Source of the DNA: Octopus vulgaris
Taxonomy: Eukaryota
Direction of reading: 5' to 3'
NCBI GenBank assembly: GCA_951406725.2
Contig: OX597831.1
Location: 49,600,001-49,664,000, forward strand
Length of the DNA stretch: 64,000 nucleotides
Position numbers and translations under genes: made by a program. Each line of letters begins with the position of its first letter. Position 1 is the stretch's first letter. Below the pieces are notes generated by a model. That model was not told the DNA's origin. It worked only from the letters and a program-made list of their open reading frames with translations, and did no database searches. This document shows, in pieces, positions 56,240 to 64,000 of this stretch.

Positions 56240-57800
56240 TCTATTTGTTAATTTATTTCGCGTCCACCTGGGCACTTATTTCTAATACATCTCGTTTATT
56301 GTTTCCAATATATTATCATACCTTTTACATTCAACATCGACTTGAGCATTATTCTAATGTGTCTATATTATTCCTTAGTGACACTTTCTTTCGTTTGCGT
56401 GTACTGTTTACTGTCTGCTTCATCGATTTAAAAAATAAAATTATTTGTATGTTTGTGAACAGTGTACTTCTGTTTTCCGTTTCTTTCACTAACATGATAT
56501 TAGTAAACCTAAATATAATATTACTTTCCTTAATGTTACCTAGGCGCATTTTACTTACACAAATCTCACCTGAATTACTCTTCAACAATCTACAGCAATT
56601 TTCTTAGTTGTTTATAGTCTACAGTATGCAATTTGAGATCGCCCCAATACAAAATGATGCTTGTTGGTCCAGCCATAGCCTTTGTCTTCAAGTTCGATCC
56701 CATTTAACATACTGCTCAAAAGATTAGTGCAGGACGAAAAACAAAATAGAGGAATTGCTTTTTAAATAATTCACCTTATGTAAAGATAGCGTTAGGTTAT
56801 ATGATTTTCTCCTTTTACCTGCATATGGAGAAATGTTTATCATTAATACATATGTGGTATATAACTCATTATTGGTGCAACGCTGCTTACGGTTAATGTT
56901 TACAGAACCCTCATATAGGGAACACTGTAAAGGCATTCTGGAAATCAACCCATACTATATTCAGATTCTTTTTTCTCCGTCTACAATGTTCAATAATAAT
57001 TTTATTGATCAAAACTTGACCTTGACAGATACATGTTGCATTCATTGTGTTCTTGACAGATTGTTCTAAGTCTTTATAGTCTATGATATAGCTTCAGTTA
57101 ATGCTTTCAAGACTATGAAATACTTACTTACTTGTACTTGTACTTGTAGCGACATTCACCCTGCGCGGGTTCAGTCTTTGGAAGAAGTTTCGCAGGAATA
57201 TGTGGATTTCACAAGCGGTCCCCAACAATCCCGCATGTAGAGACATCCTGCTTGCCGGAGATTGTCCGCAGACGCAGGGACAGAACGACCGAGGAGCCGC
57301 CGGTTGCCGAAACAGACACTCCGAGGATTTTCACTGAGCCCCGTCTGCCGGGTTGTGGCCCTAATACCACTCGGTGTCAGACCAATCCGCCTTGGGTGGC
57401 CCTACCAGGAACCGAAGTTCCCAACGGCATAGCTCTGACACTACGCGTTGCCAGCGTCCCCACCACGGTGAGGAGGGGATGGACTTTGGGGACGCAAGAC
57501 TATGAAATGTAGATTATGAACCTATAACATTTATGATTTTGTGCTTCTTCAATCAACGGAATTAAATTGGGTTTTTCACCTCACTGAAATAAATTAGTGT
57601 TGTTTTCAGCTCCATCAGTATTAAATATCTCTGTATGTGGTAGTGCTGAATATTTTAACTAGAAATTTGGTGTCTTATCATGCCTTAGTGCATTCCAGAT
57701 GTATGTGTTTTGCGATGTTTTCAATATTTTTGTACTGTCATGGGTTCCTACAATTGACCAGATTTTGTGTAAGATGTTTTGATCTGTCTCATAATGATAC
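56240..57800 (-). mobile_element. Highly decayed R4/Dong-clade reverse transcriptase
   Basis: Minus translations CQGQVLINKIIIEHCRRRKKNLNIVWVDFQNAF (56930-57030) and LYWGDLKLH...KQLRKLL (~56600-56655) match R4/Dong CKDQLLINK...KKNLSMAWIDYKKAFD and LYMDDLKLY. Confidence 0.7.
57122..57494 (-). mobile_element. Short RTE-derived non-autonomous retroelement with a 14-bp TSD
   Basis: TSD CAAGACTATGAAAT at 57108-57121 and 57495-57508; minus-strand tail (ACAAGT)n(AAGT)n; 5' part CCTCACCGTGGTGGGG...GAGCTATGCC...CCTGGTAGGGCCACCCA resembles an RTE 5' UTR. Confidence 0.75.
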
Positions 57801-58634
57801 TCTTTCCTTCCCAATAAAAACAGTAAACTCGTAGGAGTTGGTCTTCCTTGATAAGCAGGATATAGTAAATCTAAGATTGCATTATAACATAATGTGTCAC
57901 ATTCTAAAACGGCGGTATTCCAAAGATATTTCACTGCTATATACAGCAAGTCGAGCGAATACTTATAGCATCTATCTTCAGTTTCCAGAGTTGGCTCACG
58001 TTATATACTGGGGTTTAAAATATCTCACTCTCCATTTTAAACGTACGTTTTTGTATAGCCGATAATACAAAAAGCTGTAATATAATTATTACTTAATTTG
58101 ACATAAGGCCAGAGATTTGGAATTAAAGGCTTACTCGATTAAATCAACCGCAGTACTTGACTAGTTATTATTTTGTTGACTCCAGAATGATGAGAGACAC
58201 TGTTGACTTTGCGGAATTTGAACTCTGAACGTAAAGAGCCGGAAGAAATTCTAATGCTCTTTCGGTTCTCCCAGTTCACACATCTGTAATATAATAAAGT
58301 GGGTTGAATGAATGAACAATATACCTTTATTTGTTTCCCTACCTAATTTGCGGTTTCGTGCCAATTCAAAGAAATATTATTCAAAGGTAATAAAACTATC
58401 ATTTAATTACAGGTTTCTCTTTGAAACTAATCTGAGAAAATACTGTAATGGTAACATAAAACTGTATGCATGTGTGCGTGCGCACGCGCACGCTTGTGAG
58501 TGTGTGTGTGCGCGTGTGTTTAACGAGCAAATGACAAATACACTAGAGTCTTCATAAGTTATTCCCTATAGAAATTTTTCTAGTTGATTCCGTGTATGCA
58601 GCCACGTTCTTATTCGTTGTTGATTGTTTATATA

Positions 58635-58673
<39 letters not shown>

Positions 58674-58692
58674 GTGTGTGTGTGTGTGTGTG

Positions 58693-58742
<50 letters not shown>

Positions 58743-58746
<4 letters not shown>

Positions 58747-59342
58747 CAAGGAAAAATTATAAAAAGGCAGAATGCTAAATTGAAGGTAAATTTTAAGGAA
58801 AATGGGTGTATGGAAAATTAAAAAAAAATTTTTCTTTTAATATTTATTAATCCTAACCGGTTTTCGTCGCAATGCGACTTTTCAAGAGTTGTAAGGTGAG
58901 AAGAAACATTTTTTTTATAATTGAGGAGGGGGAAAAAAGAAAATTACATTGTTTTTTTGCAAAAAAATAATAAACATATACAAAAATGAAAAAATAGGTA
59001 CACCGATACATTGTAAAGTCTTTGTGTATCTCGAGTTCAATGATAGTCCTTGGAAAAATTACCTTGGAGGATTAAGATCCATGTGATTAAATCCATGTGG
59101 TGTTTAATTTAGGATGTTTGTTAAATGAATGTCAAAACAGGAAATGGGGTAGGAGTTATCCAGTTCCTGTGAGTAAGGGGAGACAACTATGTGGATTTTA
59201 TGCTCTTTAATTGGGATTATCAAGTTTTTGTAAGATAGGATGTTAATAAACCTTAAATTATAAAATTATCATTTTAGCTTCATTTTCATTATCTTTTTTT
59301 ATATAATTGTTTGCTAACTTAACATTCAGATGTTAACTTAAC

Positions 59343-59345
<3 letters not shown>
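58743..59345. mobile_element. PLE-like remnant in (TA)n with a decayed hammerhead at 58851-58888 (-)
   Basis: Minus strand TTGAAAA-GTCGC(ATT)GCGAC-GAAAACCGGTTA-GGA; two core mismatches. Confidence 0.4.
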
Positions 59346-59381
<36 letters not shown>

Positions 59382-59695
59382 TTTATATATATATAATATA
59401 TAGACTTACATACATAAACGCATGCATTTATCTGTCTACCTATTTATCTATACATATAACAACGCACATCATATACACACAATTACACACACACACACAC
59501 ACATACACACACATACACCCGTATCTATTGACTCAGGTATGACTATGTGGTTTTATTCACTTCCCAACCACGGTGTTTCGGGTTCAGTTCTTTTGAACAG
59601 CACCTTGGAACCTGTCTTCTTTTATTGTCCTGGGTTGATTAACTCCTCGTGAGTGAACTTGGTCGTCGGAAACTGTGAATGTTCAACATGTATAT

Positions 59696-60070
59696 ATTGG
59701 TTTCAAACTTTGACAGGAGGACAGCAATTCCGGAGGAGGGTTTAAATTGATTAGATCGACCCTTGTGTTTAACTGGTATTCATTTTATCGACTTCGATAG
59801 GATGAAAGGCAAAGTCGACCTCCGCAACATTTGAACTCAGGAGGTAAAGACGGATGAAATACCGGTAAGTCACTTGCTCGGCGCGCTAACGATTCTGCCG
59901 GCTCGCCACCTCATTCAACGTATACATATACTGATTTCATATTTTGGCATAATGCCAGCTATTTCGGGGGGAGGGGCTAAATCGTTTACATCGACCCAAG
60001 ACGGATGAAATGTTGCTAGGCATTTTGCCCGGTGTGCAAACGACTGTGCCAGCTTCCCACTTCTTTCATC

Positions 60071-60075
<5 letters not shown>
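59696..60075 (-). mobile_element. SINE family C copies (a further pair at 61168-61420)
   Basis: Homology to the 22200 copy. Confidence 0.8.
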
Positions 60076-60100
<25 letters not shown>

Positions 60101-60103
<3 letters not shown>

Positions 60104-60375
60104 ACATAAGGGACTAAAGCCATCTGAATATGGCTAGGGACAGGGCAGGGTGGTGGGGGTGTTACTGTTGCATTTAGCCCCAGGCGAACATCGACGTCAC
60201 CAGAAAGGCCCGACACCGTCACGGTGTCCTTTGACCTCAGGTCAAAGGACACCGTGACGGTGTCGGGCCTTTCTGGTGACGTCGATGTTCGCCTGGGGCT
60301 AAATGCAACAGTAACACCCCCACCACCCTGCCCTGTCCCTAGCCATATTCAGATGGCTTTAGTCCCTTATGTTAT
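60101..60375. repeat. Perfect 275-bp palindrome (137-bp arms, 1-nt spacer at 60238)
   Basis: Arms are exact reverse complements; the ORF track gives the same peptide on both strands. Confidence 0.95.
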
Positions 60376-60441
60376 CGAGCAATTACTGTCTATATCTCTT
60401 TTAGAGAATTATTATTGCTATATATATATATATATATATAT

Positions 60442-60733
60442 ATTTTTATGTATAAAAGTGAAGTTGTGTGAGTGTCTGTCTCCTACGATTTAGATTCCTA
60501 ACGACTCCCACATTTTGCGGTGCAGTTTAACCAAAAGCCAGTATCTTATAGTCGTGATTCATATCGAGCCCTTCTGGGTATTAGCGAGCGTCTACGATTA
60601 AAAAGAAAAATTACCATAATTTTTTCCCATTTTTAATGCATTTTTTGCTATTATATAAGGGAAGTAACTCTCTAAAAATGCTTATATAGTTATTTCCCTT
60701 ACAAACCCGAGCAACGCCGGGCGATACTGCTAG
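60442..60733 (+). mobile_element. Non-autonomous Helitron
   Basis: 3' end CCCGAGCAACGCCGGG-CGATACTG-CTAG|T, homologous to the 43829 terminus; 5' end merged into (TA)n. Confidence 0.7.
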
Positions 60734-60756
60734 TATATATATATAGCGAGAGAGGG

Positions 60757-60799
<43 letters not shown>

Positions 60800-61911
60800 A
60801 AGCAATAAGAAAATGGAGGGGATCAATAGGTGGTATTCATCAACTTTTAGACATGTTATGTCAATTTATTTGTTTATTTACTAAAATGACATAATATAAT
60901 GTCTAAAAGATGATGAATACCACCTATTGATCTATTTACTTATTGCTCTATAAATTAATGGTAAAATAACTCTTTACCCTCACCCATTTAGTACACTCGG
61001 TAATGTAATGGCAACGCAATAAAAAACACTTTGTGTATTAAAAATTGGGTATTCTACCAGCAGTATATTGGATAGCTATTATCCCTTAGTTGGTTGGGTT
61101 CACAACCTCTAACTTTCTTGGAATATATATATATATATATATATAGATACATGTATGTATATATATTGATTTCAAATTTTGGCACAAGACCAGCTATTTC
61201 GGGTGGGTGGGTGGGGTAATTCGATTACATCAACCCCACTACTCAACTGGTACTAATTTTATCGACCCCGAAAGGATGTAAGGCAAAGTCCATCTTGACA
61301 GAATTTGAACTCGGGTGAGGGGCTAAGTCGATTGCATCGATCCCAGCCGGATAAAATGCTGCTAATCATTTTGTCCGGTATGTCAACGATTCTTCCAACT
61401 CGCTGTCTCATTCATCCTATATATATTAAGAAGAGAAGAAAGTCAGAATTAGGATGAATGCTAGTTACGTAGAGCTTAAATTCGTTTCGGTGATTCATCA
61501 TGAATTGTGAGCTGTTGAAAATTTTTCCTTCTCACGCATATGTGAGTTAGTGGGAAAAATTCAAGGGTTCAATTTGTTCCTTGGATCCGGAAAAAAAAGG
61601 ACATTTGGAAGTGGTTGGTGAACTTTTAAATAAATCATATATGATGTTTTTGAAGGCTTGCTTAGAGGAGAAAGAAGAAAAATAAGATGCTTTCTGTTAC
61701 CTTTTTATTAATTACAAGAAATTCAGTTTTTTTATGATTATGTGGCCGATACGATTCTTTGAGTTATATATGATCAGTGGTTACTTCGCTTTAGAATTCC
61801 CCAAATTGTTAGTGAAGAATTTTAAATGTTTCCGCGTGTGAGTGTGTGTGTGTGTGTGTGTGTCAGTGTGTGTGCGTGCGTGTGTGTATGTGTGCGTGTG
61901 TGTGCGTGTAT

Positions 61912-61945
<34 letters not shown>

Positions 61946-62413
61946 GAGAGTCAGACAGAAATAGTGTGTGTATCTGTGTGCGTGCTGTGTGTAGATTGTT
62001 TAAGAGTAAAATTTTCCTGAAACTTTAGTAAAACTGTTATAAGAACATCATTTACGATATCCAGTAATTTTATGATTTGGTTTCCTGGAAAAGTAACTTT
62101 ATCTAAATTAAAAAATTGTTATTAGAAATATGTTTTTTACACCTCCAGCTCAAGGTATGATTCTAAATACCGGAAGGAAGCTGAAATGTATCTTATGAAA
62201 AGAAAAATAATTCACCGAGTACATTTAAAAAATATGAGAATTTAAAAGAAAAAAAATTAGTTTTCCAGATGTACCAAACTATATAATTACTAAATATTAT
62301 AAATGCTGATGCTTTTGCTACGGTTACAATAATTACAAGAAATATTAATTCAAATAATCAACGCACTACACACTTAGAAACTCTCTCAGATACTCTCACT
62401 CAATCCCTCTCTC

Positions 62414-62471
<58 letters not shown>

Positions 62472-62480
62472 CATATGCAA

Positions 62481-62511
<31 letters not shown>

Positions 62512-64000
62512 TTTCACACACACACTTAAATGCCTTCGCAAATAATTTGGCGAATTCTATAGCTAAGCACTTACTGAACAGGTGACCCAAAGAATCCTAT
62601 CGGTCGTCTAATTACAAAAACAACAATTTACTGCAATTGATAAAATGTTTGACCACTTTTGACCAGGCATTAAATCAGTCATCCTAGAAAACGCCTGACC
62701 CTTTCTTTTTCCGTTTCTTTTCCGTTTATATATATATATATATATACATACATACACATATATATATAGGCTTGAAAATGACAAAAAATAACAACACCAG
62801 AAACACTATTTTCCCCAAACCCGAAGAATAAATTCAATTCGTGAGCTTTTTTCAACTGTCAAATGTAAGAAAGGAGAAACCAATCAACTGCCGCAGTTCA
62901 TGACGAATTCCCAAACGCGATATAAGTGCTCAATAAATAGTATTTATTGAGATTCTGACTACCTTATCATCTTATCTTATTAATATATAAAATGTGTACA
63001 CCACTACAAACAATCTATAAATGTACATAAATATGTATGTGCACGTGTGTGTGAGTATATGTAGAGGTGTAAATGTGTGGCTTTGTGTTTCCCTTACGCT
63101 GTCAGATGTGATAATATAGAGGATCAACAAATGTGACTGAAACAAGCAATAAATAAAGGAATAGTCGTGGGGCAAAATGATTAATTTTTAATTTCTTGTC
63201 ATTCCCAGTTAATTTTCCCACATCCCCTTACTAATGTCTATTTTGATAACTTTGAGTTTTCATAGCATGATGTCTAAATTGGGGCAAAATGAGTAATGGC
63301 TAATTTCAAATAATGACTTCTCTTTAACTACACGGGACATCAATATATCAGAAAGGGAGCCACTCCAGCAGATTGTAAAGGCGCTATGCGGAATATTTTA
63401 TGTTGAGTGTATAGATTTACTGGATTTTAGTTAATCTCATATCATGTACCATTTTACCATTGGGATTCTTTCATTTTCTTTAGACATTTTAATTTTTTGC
63501 CGCATTTCTGAACTTTCTGATGCCCAAGAGTTGATGTTGATGTGTATGAATCTTTGTCCAATGTAATTCTAAAGAACTGAAGAAGCAAATTTATTTCATT
63601 TTGTTTTACTCTATAGATTTTGTAAGGTAGTGAACATTTTCAAAACAATTGTTTTTTCTGAAAGTAAAAGTTTTCCTGAGAGTAAAAAAAAAATGCAGTA
63701 AATATTACTAGTTGTGGCCCCACTAACCCCCCCCCCATATAAGTGTGGTTAAGCACAGAAATATATTTGTCTATGGCGGGGATTTCACGTTCGATTTGGC
63801 ACAATGGATAAGTGTTTCTCCACTTCATTTGAGACAAGTCAGGGCTTCTGAAACTGAACACAACAACTGAACGGAAGTCCTTTATGATTGAGCCTGGCCA
63901 CACACTCTTGCGTTGATTCTGCATCCGTGATACAAGATGTACATCATGTGCACAAGGGTCTGTGTGATATCCAACCTATAACACTCCAATTCGATGACAA

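Noticed and set aside
60016-60493. Identical peptides on both strands (MSFDLRSKDTV...)
   Set aside because: A direct consequence of the palindrome, not a gene pair
63640-64000. Minus-strand ORF containing RSPDL, reminiscent of Tc1/mariner
   Set aside because: A single short motif with no other transposase motifs or TIRs visible; cut by the window edge

Overview
AT-rich eukaryotic repeat-dense DNA with no supportable host gene, rRNA, true tRNA or CRISPR array. The tRNA-derived SINE families and extreme microsatellite load resemble an Octopus (coleoid cephalopod) genome; this comes from recognition, not a database search. Contents: (i) dozens of tRNA-headed SINEs in about four families, (ii) decayed non-LTR retrotransposons (Tx1/L1-like in TATC repeats, CR1-like, R4/Dong-like, an RTE-derived short element with a 14-bp TSD), (iii) a full-length but broken mariner, mariner and pogo-like MITEs, and two non-autonomous Helitrons, (iv) long micro- and minisatellites that explain almost all ORF-track entries. 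The most interesting signal is a set of mostly unrelated, short, non-coding fold-back inserts, usually in (TA)n, several carrying minimal type-I hammerhead ribozyme motifs (Penelope-like or retrozyme-like). One is a perfect 156-bp palindrome with a hammerhead on each strand. Other notable points: a TATC-associated Tx1-like LINE whose 3' end is shared with a SINE subfamily and an orphan-ORF retrocopy, head/tail shuffling among SINEs, and a 68-bp templated insertion copied from about 8 kb away. Coordinates were read by eye, and the edges of degenerate elements are approximate.
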